Shown here piece after piece: positions 52,218 through 62,410 of a stretch of 64,000 nucleotides of DNA (position 1 is the stretch's first letter; each line of letters begins with the position of its first letter). The position numbers and the translations under genes are program-made. The DNA lies in NCBI RefSeq assembly GCF_964213995.1, contig NC_135810.1, positions 100,316,001-100,380,000 on the forward strand, read 5' to 3'. The notes beneath the pieces were generated by a model. That model was not told the origin of the DNA and did no database searches. It was given only the letters and a program-made list of their open reading frames with translations. Source of the stretch: Mustelus asterias (Eukaryota).

Positions 52218-52522
52218 GTTTAAAAGTTTATTTATTAGTGTCACAAGTAGGTTTACGTTAACACGGCAATGAAGTTGCTGTGAAAATCCCCTAGTCGCCA
52301 CACTCTAGCGTCTGTTCGGGTATACTGAGGGAGAATTTAGCACGGCCAATGTACCTAACCAGCACACCTTTCACACTGTGGGAGGAAACCAGAGCACCCA
52401 GAGAAAATGCTCACAGACATGGGGAGAATGTGCAAACTCCACGCAGACAGTGACCCAAGCCGGGAATTGAACCCGGGTCCCTGGTGCTGTGAAGCAGCGG
52501 TGCTAACCACCGTGCCACTGTG
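52218..52522 (-). mobile_element. V-SINE subtype B
   Basis: Head, core and B tail. Confidence 0.9.
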
Positions 52523-52838
52523 TCTGCACCACAACTGTTCTACAAATACTTTCGCTGAAAAGTTTCATGATTTTTCCTTGTCTTGACCTTTCAACAAATA
52601 TTGCAAACTTTGGTGGTTCTGTAGCATTTTAAAATCAGTTCTAGAGGTTGAATTTGCTCTTCAAAGTCCAAATGAAGATGTTTTGGACTTCACTAGAAAA
52701 CTGGAATTTCATACAACTGAAGATTGTATAGATTCTTGTTTTACTTTTCTCTCAGCCTTCTCATCTCTGAATGAGCTCTGGTAGAGAGCTATCTCCCCAA
52801 CCTCTACGAGTGCCCACCATTCAACTTGGTGGCAAGTT

Positions 52839-53181
52839 GGGCGGCACGGTAGCACAGTGGTTAGCACTGCTGCTTCACAGCTCCAGGGTCCCGGGTTCGA
52901 TTCCCGGCTTGGGTCACTGTCTGTGTGGAGTTTGCACAACCTCCGTGTGTCTGCGTGGGTTTCCTCCGGGTGCTCTGGTTTCCTCCCACAGTCCAAAGAT
53001 GTGCGGGTTAGGTTGATTGGCCATGCTTAAATTGCCCCTTAGTGTCCTGAGATGCGTGGGTTAGAGGGATGAGTGGGTAAAATATGTAGGGATATGGGAG
53101 TAGGGCTTGGGTGGGATTGTGGTCGGTGCAGGCTCGATGGGCCAAATGGCCTCTTTCTGTACTGTAGGGCTTCTATGATTT
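52839..53181 (+). mobile_element. V-SINE subtype A (full length)
   Basis: GGGCGGCACGGTAGCACAGTGG...TTCTATGATTT. Confidence 0.92.
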
Positions 53182-54938
53182 AGAACATAGAACAGTACAG
53201 CACAGAACAGGCCCTTTGGCCCTCGATGTTGTGCCGAGCTTTATCTGAAACCAAGATTAAGCTATCCCACTCCCTATCATCCTGGTGTGCTCCATGTGCC
53301 TATCCAATAACTGCTTAAATGTTCCTAAAGTGTCTGACTCCACTATCACTGCAGGCAGTCCATTCCACACCCCAACCACTCTCTGCGTAAAGAACCTACC
53401 TCTGATATCCTTCCTATATCTCCCACCACGAACCCTATAGTTATGCCCCCTTGTAATAGCTCCATCCACCCGAGGAAATAGTCTTTGAACGTTCACTCTA
53501 TCTATCCCCTTCATCATTTTATAAACCTCTATTAAGTCTCCCCTCAGCCTCCTCCGCTCCAGAGAGAACATTCCTAGCTCCCTCAACCTTTCCTCATAAG
53601 ACCTACCCTCCAAACCAGGCAGCAACCTGGTAAATCTCCTCTGCACTCTTTCCAGCCCTTCCACATCCTTCTTATAGTGAGGTGACCAGAACTGCACACA
53701 ATATTCCAAATGTGGTCTTACCAAGCTCCTGTACAGTTGCAGCATAACCCCACGGCTCTTAAACTCCAACCCCCTGTTAATAAAAGCTAACACACTATAG
53801 GCCTTCTTCACAGCTCTATCCACTTGAGTGGCAACCTTTAGAGATCTGTGGATATGGACCCCAAGATCTCTCTGTTCCTCCACAGTCTTCAGAACCCTAC
53901 CTTTGACCCTGTAATCCACATTTAAATTAGTCCTCCCAAAATGAATCACCTCACATTTATCAGGGTTAAACTACATTTGCCATTTTTCAGCCCAGCTTTG
54001 CATCCTATCTATGTCTCTTTGCAGCCTACAACAGTCCTCCACCTCATCCACTACTCCACCAATCTTGGTGTCATCAGCAAATTTACTGATCCACCCTTCA
54101 GCCCCCTCCTCTAAGTCATTAATAAAAATCACAAAGAGCAGAGGACCAAACACTGATCCCTGTGGCACTCCACTTGCAACCTGCCTCCAATCCGAAAATT
54201 TTCCATCCACCACCACCCTCTGTCTTCGATCAGACAGCCAGTTACCTATCCAATCGGCCAACTTTCCCTCTATCCCACACCTCCTCACTTTCATCATAAG
54301 CCGACCATGGGGGACCTTATCAAAGGCCTTACTAAAATCCATGTATATGACATCAACTGCCCTACCTTCAACAACACACTTAGTTACCTCCTCAAAAAAT
54401 TCTATCAAATTTGTGAGGCACGACTTGCCCTTCACGAATCCGTGCTGACTATCCCGGATTAATCCGCATCTTTCTAAATGGTCGTAAATCCCATCCCTAA
54501 GGACCTTTTCCATCAATTTACCAACCACCGGAGTAAGACTAACCGGTCTATAATTACCAGGGTCATTTCTATTCCCTTTCTTAAACAGAGGAACAACATT
54601 CGCCATTCTCCAGTCCTCTGGCACTATCCCCGTGGACAGCGAGGACCCAAAGATCAAAGCCAAAGGCTCTGCAATCTCATCCCTTGCCTCCCAAAGAATC
54701 CTAGGATACATTTCATCAGGCCCAGGGGACGTTTCAACCTTCAGTTTATTCAAAACTGCCAGGACATCCTCCCTCCGAACATCTATTTCCTCCAGCCTAT
54801 TAGCCTGTAACACCTTCTCTTCCTCAAAAACATGGCCCCTCTCCTTGGTGAACACTGAAGAATAGTATTCATTCATCACCTCGCTTATCTCTACTGACTC
54901 CATACACAAGTTCCCACTACTGTCCTTGACCGGCCCCA
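53182..54938 (-). mobile_element. 5'-truncated CR1/HER1 LINE, 1.76 kb, flanked by a 12-bp duplication
   Basis: RT and C-terminal domain; CTTCTATGATTT at 53170-53181 and 54939-54950; TTCTATGTTCT tail. Confidence 0.93.
53257..54938 (-). pseudogene. CR1 ORF2 (reverse transcriptase), 5'-truncated, one premature TAG at 53971-53973
   Basis: [38 protein letters not shown]; frame continues after WQM* with FNPDKCEVIHFG. Confidence 0.9.
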
Positions 54939-55329
54939 CTTCTATGATTTCATTCATTTGAAAGAAATGAAAGTTAGAGGATGACTTTTTTTCTCTCCAG
55001 AGTGTCATCTGGGCAGATGAACTCTGGAACGCAGTGGTCAGTTGCCCATTGTCCTGCTAAAAGGCCCTTTCGATTTTGGGGACTGAGCCCATCATTACGA
55101 TAGGCTGGCGGCTGCAGCTGGAGGCTGAATGTACTGTGCAGCGTGGCAGCTCTGAGCCAGAGGGGCCAGGCTCTGAGGAAGGACGGGTACAGAGCAACAG
55201 TGGAACTGGAAGGAGCACACCACCTTTTCATGGTCTAGGTACTCTTCGCCAAGCCACCATCTGACGCTGGCCAGAACTTGTGAAGTTGAACGGGTACAAC
55301 CACCTCCTAAAAAAGCCAAATATGTAAGG

Positions 55330-55706
55330 ATCATAGAATCCATAGAACCCTACAGTGCAGAAAGAGGCCATTCAGCCCATCGAGTCTGCACCGACAACAA
55401 TCCCACCCAGGCCCTATCGCCATATCCCTACATATTTACCTGCTAATCCCTCTAACCCTCATATTTACCCGCTAATCCATCTAATCTACGCATCCTGGGA
55501 CACTAAGGGGCAATTTAGCTTGGCCAATCAACCTAACCTGCACATCTTTGGACTGTGGGAGGAAACTGGAGCACCCGGAGGAAACCCACGCAGACACGGG
55601 GAGAACGTGCAGACTCCACACAGACAGTGACCTGAGTCGGGAATCGAACCCAGGTCCCTGGAGCTGTGAAGCAGCAGTGCTAACCACTAGGCTACCGTGC
55701 CGCCCA
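55330..55706 (-). mobile_element. V-SINE subtype A
   Basis: Head, core and tail, with an internal duplication of CATATTTACC.GCTAATCC. Confidence 0.9.
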
Positions 55707-55985
55707 AAGAGGTTTACAGCTCAACTTGTCTATCCGCCCTTTTTTTTAACCACTAAGCTAGTCCCAATTGCTCGCATTTGGCCCATATCCCTCTACAACC
55801 ATCTTATCGATGTAGCCGCCTAAATGCTTTTTAAAAGACTAAATTGTACCCGCTTCTACTACTACCTCTGGCAGCTTGTTCCAGACACTCACCACCCTCT
55901 GTGTGAAAAAATTGCCCCTTTGGACACTTTTGTATCTCTCCCTTCTCACCTTAAACCTATGCCCTCTAGTTTAAGTCTCCCCTAC
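55707..55985 (-). mobile_element. CR1-like LINE 3' fragment
   Basis: Minus strand RGHRFKVRRERYK..GNFFTQRVVSVWNKLP. Confidence 0.8.
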
Positions 55986-56057
55986 CTCATACTGACACCA
56001 ACAGACCATTGTCTGCTTTACCTGAACTTTAGCTAGCTTTGATAATCAATAACAGTC

Positions 56058-56353
56058 TGATGTGCGATAAATCACACGGGAGGCAGGATGTACCCGGGAA
56101 ATAAAGGCTTTTATTACCAACAATAACGGAGCTACTATATACAATATACAATCCCAGACTAAAGGGTCACCAGGCAGAGCAGTGACCTTTATATCTCTCC
56201 CGGAAGGCGGAGCCAACTGGAGTGTACCATAAGACTATATTACCAGGTAGAACAGCCCAACCCTAACCCCAACAGTAACATATCTACAGACTCATAGTAC
56301 TGGCCAGACCATGGCTCAGCACTCCTGGTGGTAACCAACAATGGTTCACCACA
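56058..56353 (-). repeat. 3' LTR
   Basis: Direct repeat of 60446-60741; 11 substitutions counted by eye. Confidence 0.95.
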
Positions 56354-56367
56354 TTCACCCCTCCTTT
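56354..56367 (-). other. Polypurine tract
   Basis: Minus strand AAAGGAGGGGTGAA immediately before the 3' LTR TG. Confidence 0.85.
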
Positions 56368-56415
56368 AAAAACAAAGGCCGGCGGGGCACAAAAACAGAA
56401 CAACTGTTCATCTGT

Positions 56416-57105
56416 CTATAAGTTCAATCGTTTTGGGGGACTGCACCGTCTCTGCGACCTCCTCAACACTGGCGATGACGCCGGTTCAGGCAATCGTGGT
56501 GACCTTCTCTCCAAGGCGGTGTCCAGTAGCTCCTCCAATTCCTCACGGGCCGGTAGACCATGAGGTGGTGACAATCCGCTGGACTCGAGCACGCCTCGAG
56601 GTGGCGACAATCTCCTGGACTCAGGCAAGCTGTACACGGGAGTAAGAGGGTTAAGTGGTGATCCCGATACTGCCCGCGCCGTGTCAGGAGAAGAGATAAT
56701 GGTCGGGGGGTCCCTAACTGGGGGTGTGGGAGCGACTGGGGTTTCCAAGCCCCCTGCAGGCACCAGATCTCGAATTGAGACCGTGTCCTCTCGCCCGTCA
56801 GGATATGCCACATAGGCATATTGAGGGTTGGCGTGGAGGAGATGGACCTGTTCAACCAAAGGGTCGGACTTGCGGGTCCTAACATGCCGCCGCAGGAGGA
56901 CAGGTCCTGAGTACGTCAACCAAGACGGTAATGAGGTCCCAGAGGAAGACTTCCGAGGGAATGAAAACATTCTCTCATGAGGAGTAGCGTTGGTTGCCGT
57001 ACACAGGAGTGAGCGGATGGAATGGAGCGCATCAGGGAGTACCTCTTGCCAATGGGAGACTGGAAGACCTTTACACCTCAACGCCAGTAAGACAGCCTTC
57101 CAGAC
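56416..57105 (-). CDS. Integrase C-terminal part (out of frame with pol)
   Basis: TVWKAVLLALRCKGLPVSHWQEVLPDALHSIR..ATNATPHERMF..GP..DTVSIRDL. Confidence 0.8.
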   Translation of the reverse strand, partial: VWKAVLLALRCKGLPVSHWQEVLPDALHSIRSLLCTATNATPHERMFSFPRKSSSGTSLPSWLTYSGPVLLRRHVRTRKSDPLVEQVHLLHANPQYAYVAYPDGREDTVSIRDLVPAGGLETPVAPTPPVRDPPTIISSPDTARAVSGSPLNPLTPVYSLPESRRLSPPRGVLESSGLSPPHGLPAREELEELLDTALERRSPRLPEPASSPVLRRSQRRCSPPKRLNL

Positions 57106-59726
57106 TGTTCAACCTGCCCGTTACCCCTAGGATTGTAGCTCGTGGTTCTACTAGAGGCAATCCCATTTAAGAGCAGGTCTTGCCTCAAGTCGTCGCTCAT
57201 GAACGACGAGCCCCTATCACTGTGGATGTAACAGGGGTAACCGAACAGAGTGAAAAGATCCCGTAATGCTTTGATAACCGTGGCAGCGGTCATATCAGAA
57301 CAGGGAATGACAAAAGGGAATCGTGAGTACTCATCAATCACATTGAGGAAGTACACGTTCCGATCTGTCGAGGGAAGGGGGCCCTTGAAGTCCACACTCA
57401 GTCTTTCAAAAGGACGAGTGGCCTTAATGAGGTGTGCCCTGTCAGGTCGGTAGAAGTGCGGTTTGCATTCAGCACATACCTGGCAGCTTCGAGTTATGGA
57501 CCTGACATCCTCCACCGAGTAGGGTAGATTCCGGGCCTTTATAAAATGGAAGAGCCGAGTGACCCCCGGATGGCAGAGGTCATTGTGGAGAGCCTGTAAT
57601 CGATTCTCCTGCACACTAGCACATGTTCCACGCGACAGGGTGTCCGAGGGCTCGTTGAGCTTCCCTGGACGGTACATGATATCATAATTGTAGGTGGAGA
57701 GTTCGATTCTCCACCTCAAGACTTTATCATTCTGGATCTTACCCCGTAACGTGTTGTTGAACATGAACGCCACGGACCGCTGGTCCGTGAGCAGAGTGAA
57801 CCGTTTTCCCGCCAAGTAATGGCGCCAATGCCGAACGGCCTCCACAATGGCCTGGGCCTCTTTTTCCACCGCAGAATGCCGAATTTCAGGGCCTTGGAGG
57901 ATGCGAGAGAAAAAGGCGACGGGCCTGCCCGCCTGGTTAAGTGTGGCGGCCAGGGTGAAATCAGATGCATCACTCTCCACCTGGAAGGGGATGGACTCAT
58001 CAATAGCGTGCATCATGGCTTTCGCGATGTCGGCTTTTATTCCTGCAAAGGCTAAGCGAGCCTCTGTTGTTAGGGGAAAGGAGGTAGACTTGATGAGCGG
58101 ACGGGCTTTGTCCGCGTAATTGGGAACCCACTGTGCATAGTATGAGAAGAAGCCTAAGCATCTTCTCAGTGCTTTGATGCTAGTGGGCAGGGGAAGTTCG
58201 AGGAGGGGACGCATACGGTCTGGATCAGGGCCGAGGACCCGGTTTTCCACCACGTATCCGAGGATAGCTAGGCGGCGCTTGCGAAACACACACTTCTCCC
58301 TGTTGTAGGTCAGATTCAGGCGAGATGCAGTGCGTAAGAATCTAAGAAGGTTGGCATCGTGGTCCTGCTGGTCGTGGCCGCAGATGGTGATGTTATCCAG
58401 GTATGGGAAGGTAGCCCGCAGCCCGTTCTGGTCCACCATTTGGTCCATAGCACGCTGGAAGACCGAGACCCCATTCGTGACACCAAAAGGAACCCATAAA
58501 AAATGGTACAAACGACCATCCGCCTCAAAGGCTGTGTATTTTCGGTCCTCTGGGCGAATGGGGAGCTGGTGATAAGCAGACTTCAAGTCAATGGTGGAGA
58601 ATACCCGGTACTGCGCAATCTGATTGACCATGTCAGATATGCGCGGGAGGGGATACGCATCCAGCTGCATGTATCTGTTAATGGTCTGACTATAGTCTAT
58701 GACCATCCGGGGTTTGTTCCCATTCTTAACCACCACTACTTGCGCTCTCCATGGACTAGCGCTAGGTTGGAAGATCCCCTCCTTGAGGAGCCGCTGAACT
58801 TCAGATCGAATGAAAATCCGATCCTCAGCGCTGTAACGCCTGCTCTTTGTTGCGATGGGCTTGCAGCCTGGCACGAGATTCTGGAATAGGGAGGGTGGGG
58901 TAATCCTGAGCGTCGAGAGGCTACATGTGGAGCGCTTTGGGCAATTTAGAGGCTGCAGTGCTCCCACTGAAAGCGGAGGGAGTGGCCCATCGTACTGCAG
59001 GGTTACACTCTTCAGGTGGGCCATAAAATCTAGTCCTAGGAGTATCGGCGCACAAAGGTGCGGTAACACAAGGAGCCTGAAGCTCTCGTAAACCATGCCC
59101 TGCACCGTCAGGTTGACCACGCAGCTCCCTAGCACGGTGACAGACCGGGACCTTGACGCCATCGAAATTGTCTGCTTGACAGTCCGAATCTGGAGACCGC
59201 ACCGCTTCACGGTGTCAGGGTGAATGAAGCTCTCCGTACTCCCACTGTCAAACAAACAATAAATCTGGCGTCCGTTTACCTGTATGTCCATCATGGACTT
59301 GTCGAGTCTGTGAGGCTTGGCCTGGTCCAGGATGATTGACGCCACCGTTGGATCGTGGGTGCAACTGCAGGCAGCTGAGCTGGTTGATGACGGCCCCTGC
59401 TGGTCATTTGCGGTTGGTGCCGACCAAAATGGCTGCCCCCATAGGTCGCACGTGGTCGATGGCGCCAAAAACGGCGGCCCCTGCAGGTCGCACGTGTCTT
59501 GCGACTCCGTCGTTAGGAATGGCGACGCTCTGGAATCGCACGTGGTGGAAGACCTCGAAGACGCTGAAGACAGGGAGACAGGCTCAGGAGAATCACACGC
59601 CGCACTGCTATGTTTGGAGGGTGGTTTGGTCCTGCAGACTTTGGAATAATGCCCCTTCTTGCCACAGGTGGAGCACAACACCGCTTTAGCTGGACATCGC
59701 TGCCGAGGGTGTTTCACCCCCCCCAC
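57078..59726 (-). CDS. pol: Gypsy pol: zinc knuckle, aspartic protease, reverse transcriptase, RNase H, integrase core
   Basis: CSTCGKKGHYSKVC; LFDSGS; IDLKSAYHQ, PFGVTNG, YLDN; VESDAS; H-H-C-C and VDF..HSDRG..NGQVE. Confidence 0.92.
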   Translation of the reverse strand: MGGVKHPRQRCPAKAVLCSTCGKKGHYSKVCRTKPPSKHSSAACDSPEPVSLSSASSRSSTTCDSRASPFLTTESQDTCDLQGPPFLAPSTTCDLWGQPFWSAPTANDQQGPSSTSSAACSCTHDPTVASIILDQAKPHRLDKSMMDIQVNGRQIYCLFDSGSTESFIHPDTVKRCGLQIRTVKQTISMASRSRSVTVLGSCVVNLTVQGMVYESFRLLVLPHLCAPILLGLDFMAHLKSVTLQYDGPLPPLSVGALQPLNCPKRSTCSLSTLRITPPSLFQNLVPGCKPIATKSRRYSAEDRIFIRSEVQRLLKEGIFQPSASPWRAQVVVVKNGNKPRMVIDYSQTINRYMQLDAYPLPRISDMVNQIAQYRVFSTIDLKSAYHQLPIRPEDRKYTAFEADGRLYHFLWVPFGVTNGVSVFQRAMDQMVDQNGLRATFPYLDNITICGHDQQDHDANLLRFLRTASRLNLTYNREKCVFRKRRLAILGYVVENRVLGPDPDRMRPLLELPLPTSIKALRRCLGFFSYYAQWVPNYADKARPLIKSTSFPLTTEARLAFAGIKADIAKAMMHAIDESIPFQVESDASDFTLAATLNQAGRPVAFFSRILQGPEIRHSAVEKEAQAIVEAVRHWRHYLAGKRFTLLTDQRSVAFMFNNTLRGKIQNDKVLRWRIELSTYNYDIMYRPGKLNEPSDTLSRGTCASVQENRLQALHNDLCHPGVTRLFHFIKARNLPYSVEDVRSITRSCQVCAECKPHFYRPDRAHLIKATRPFERLSVDFKGPLPSTDRNVYFLNVIDEYSRFPFVIPCSDMTAATVIKALRDLFTLFGYPCYIHSDRGSSFMSDDLRQDLLLNGIASSRTTSYNPRGNGQVEQSGRLSYWR

Positions 59727-60399
59727 AGAAGTAACACCGCGGGCCTCCTGGAGCTGCTGCCGTCGTCAGGTCCGAGGCTGGAAACGCAATCGCGCAGTTT
59801 TTCAAAACCGCTGAATAAAGTGGAGTCTGCGGCTGCACCTGCCACAATGTCCCCACGCGGTCGTCGGGGTACATCTCCAGACTTTTGGAGGCCATTTCTA
59901 GAGCGTCAGCTAATTCTACGGTTTTAGTGAGGTCGAGGTTACCTTGCTCTAGCAGCCGAAGGCGAATGTACGACGAGCCGATTCCCACCACGAACGCATC
60001 TCGAACTAGGTCGCTCATATACTGGGCTGCCGACACTGGCTTGCAGTTGCAGGCTCTGGCTAGCTGCTGAAGTTCACACAGGTACTGTTCTGTCATTTCG
60101 CCGGGCTGCCGCCGTCGAGTGGCTAGAAGGTGTCGAGCATGGATCTCATTCGGCGGTTTGTTGTATCGCTTTTTGAGAAGCTCGATGGCCCCTTTGTAGT
60201 CTTGGGCCTCACGGATCGCTAAGTATACAGTGTCGCTTACCCTCGCGTGGAGGACCCGCAATCTGTCGGCATCGTTTTGAACCGCTGTGGAGGCGTCGAG
60301 GTAATCTTGGAAACACTTCAACCAATGGTCGAAAGTGTTCGACGCTCCCGCCGCACGTGGATCCAACGTAAGCCGCTCGGGTTTCAGCATTTGCTCCAT
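59686..60399 (-). CDS. gag: Gypsy gag
   Basis: ACCATGG start after the 5' LTR; ARHLLATRRRQPGE..YL.EL..LARACNC..RDAFV.G; ends in CYFCG knuckle. Confidence 0.88.
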   Translation of the reverse strand: MEQMLKPERLTLDPRAAGASNTFDHWLKCFQDYLDASTAVQNDADRLRVLHARVSDTVYLAIREAQDYKGAIELLKKRYNKPPNEIHARHLLATRRRQPGEMTEQYLCELQQLARACNCKPVSAAQYMSDLVRDAFVVGIGSSYIRLRLLEQGNLDLTKTVELADALEMASKSLEMYPDDRVGTLWQVQPQTPLYSAVLKNCAIAFPASDLTTAAAPGGPRCYFCGGGETPSAAMSS

Positions 60400-60429
60400 G
60401 GTTTTCTTTTGTTTTTGTCAAAAAAAATT

Positions 60430-60444
60430 TTGTTGGTAATAAAA
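60430..60444 (-). promoter_or_regulatory. Non-tRNA 'PBS': 15-nt complement of LTR segment 60497-60511
   Basis: Minus strand TTTTATTACCAACAA lies 1 nt after the LTR end; no TGG start. Confidence 0.8.
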
Positions 60445-60445
60445 T

Positions 60446-60741
60446 TGATGCGCGATAAATCACACGGGAGGCTGGATGTACCCGGGAAATAAAGGCTTTT
60501 ATTACCAACAATAATGGAGCTACTATATACAATGTACAATCCCAGACTAAAGGGTCACCAGGCAGAGCAGTGACCTTTATACCTCTCCCGGAAGGCGGAG
60601 CCAACTGGGGTGTACCATAGGACTATATTAACAGGTAGAGCAGCCCAACCCTAACCCCAACAGTAACATATCTACAGACTCATAGTGCTGGCCAAACCAT
60701 GGCTCAGCACTCCTGGTGGTAACCAACAATGGTTCACCACA
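60446..60741 (-). repeat. 5' LTR (TATAAA 60576-60581, Inr-like TTAGTC ~60548, AATAAA 60498-60503)
   Basis: Direct repeat of 56058-56353; TGTGG...CATCA on minus strand. Confidence 0.95.
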
Positions 60742-62097
60742 CAGTCTGCATTTAAATTACATTTTTAACATAGTAAAAAATGTCTCAAGGCACTTTGCAG
60801 GAAAAATTATAACATGAAATTTGACATCGAGCCACGTAGGGAGATAGTAAGCAAGATGACCAATGGTTTGGTCAAAGAGATAGGTTTTGAGGAGTATCTA
60901 AAAGGCAGAGAGAGGGAGGCTGGGAGGTTTAGGAAGGGAATTCCTAAGTTTAGGACCGAGGCAGCTAAGTCAAACAATCCCAAAAACAATGACCTGAAAT
61001 TAACAGCTGGAAAGAGTGGCGAAAACAGCTTCAATTGTAACTTTTGGTGGTGAACTGCATGCCTACTTGAAAAGGAAAAATTGCAGGGCTATGGGAGACT
61101 CAGCAAGGCAATGGGACTAATTAAATAGCTCTTTGTAAAGAATCAGCACTGAGCAAAAGGATCAGATGGTTACTTTCTGTACTGTACAATTCTACGATTT
61201 CAGTGTGTGTGTGGCCTCCCCGTAATAACAGTGCAGCACAAATATATGTTTGACAACAAGGGGATCAGTGTTTTCACTGACCCAGTTAGTGATATGGCAG
61301 CTCAGTCAGTACATTTAGCACAGAAGCTTAGCTTTTCAGAACGGTCGAGTGCAAATTGGGAGACCCACTCGGAAAAGTGGAGGTGGAGCCACACATCATG
61401 GCTGGAATTTCATGGGGATTTTGGGGACGGACTGGGAGGTAGGGATGCTGCCAAAAAAGGCACAGGAATTCTTGCCATCATGCTGTTTTGCCCTCAGTGG
61501 TGACTCCTTGCCCAACCACAACCCGTCGTGGTGGTGTGCCTCACTGGCCCTGGCGCCGACAGACCACACTTACATTATTTGAGGGTGTGCATCCATCGAT
61601 GTGCCCTTTTCCTCAAGGTGCAGCCTCACTAGTGGCCACTGCTAACGGTGGTGCTGATGAGCTAGCGGCCCTCTGTTTGGGCTGGCAGCTCTAGGACAGC
61701 AGCCCTGACAACAGCCACTGAAGTAAATAATGCCCCCCCCTCGCATCCCAGCTGCCTGCTGGAGTGGGGCCGATCCCTAGTTACGGTCCTGGGATTCCTG
61801 CTGACTCTGAAAAGTTCCAGCCTATATCTTCGACCATCTTGGTGATTGCATGTGTTTCCAAGGGTGGAAAAACAAGAGCTCTGTGCATCTCCTGAAAACT
61901 GTTGAGACCTTCATTACATTCTTAAAATGAGACATGGAACACACAGGCAGGGTAATTAATGATGTTTTTCCCTTTAATAGCGGGTTTTCAGGACTGTTAG
62001 CATTATTTCACAATAAGCACTATAGCACATTGACTATTCCTTACTGCGCTGTTATTGTATGGATGATTGAGTTTATTTCTGATAACCAATGTCATTA

Positions 62098-62410
62098 GGG
62101 ATGGCACAGAGGCACAGTGGTTATCACTGCTGCTTCACAGTGTCAGGGACCCGGGTTCGATTCCTGGCTTGGGTCACTGTCGATGTGGAGTTTATATGTT
62201 CTCCCCGTGTCTGCGTGAGTTTCCTCTGGGTGCTCCCGGTTTCCTCTCACAGTCCTAAGGATGTGCTGGTTAGGTGCATTGGCCATGCTAAATTGACCCT
62301 CAGTGTACCCGAACAGGCGCCGGAGTGTGGCGACGAGGGGATTTTCACAGTAACTTCATTGCAGTGTTAATGTAAGCCTACTTGTGACAATAATAAATAA
62401 ACCTAAAACT
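62098..62410 (+). mobile_element. V-SINE subtype B
   Basis: Head, core and B tail. Confidence 0.9.

Larger units (their letters stand above)
56058..60741 (-). mobile_element. Full-length Ty3/Gypsy LTR retrotransposon, 4684 bp
   Basis: Two 296-bp TG..CA LTRs; CAGTC duplicated at 56053-56057 and 60742-60746; order gag-PR-RT-RH-IN; PPT present. Confidence 0.96.

Noticed and set aside
52839-52910. tRNA-like sequences (A and B boxes)
   Set aside because: SINE heads that continue into the V core; not independent tRNA genes.
54939-55008. N-terminus of ORF 53971..55008 as a real start for the RT
   Set aside because: Lies beyond the target duplication in flanking DNA; the LINE is 5'-truncated.
56259-56270. 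AACCCTAACCC telomere-like motif in the LTR
   Set aside because: Fewer than two full units; likely chance.
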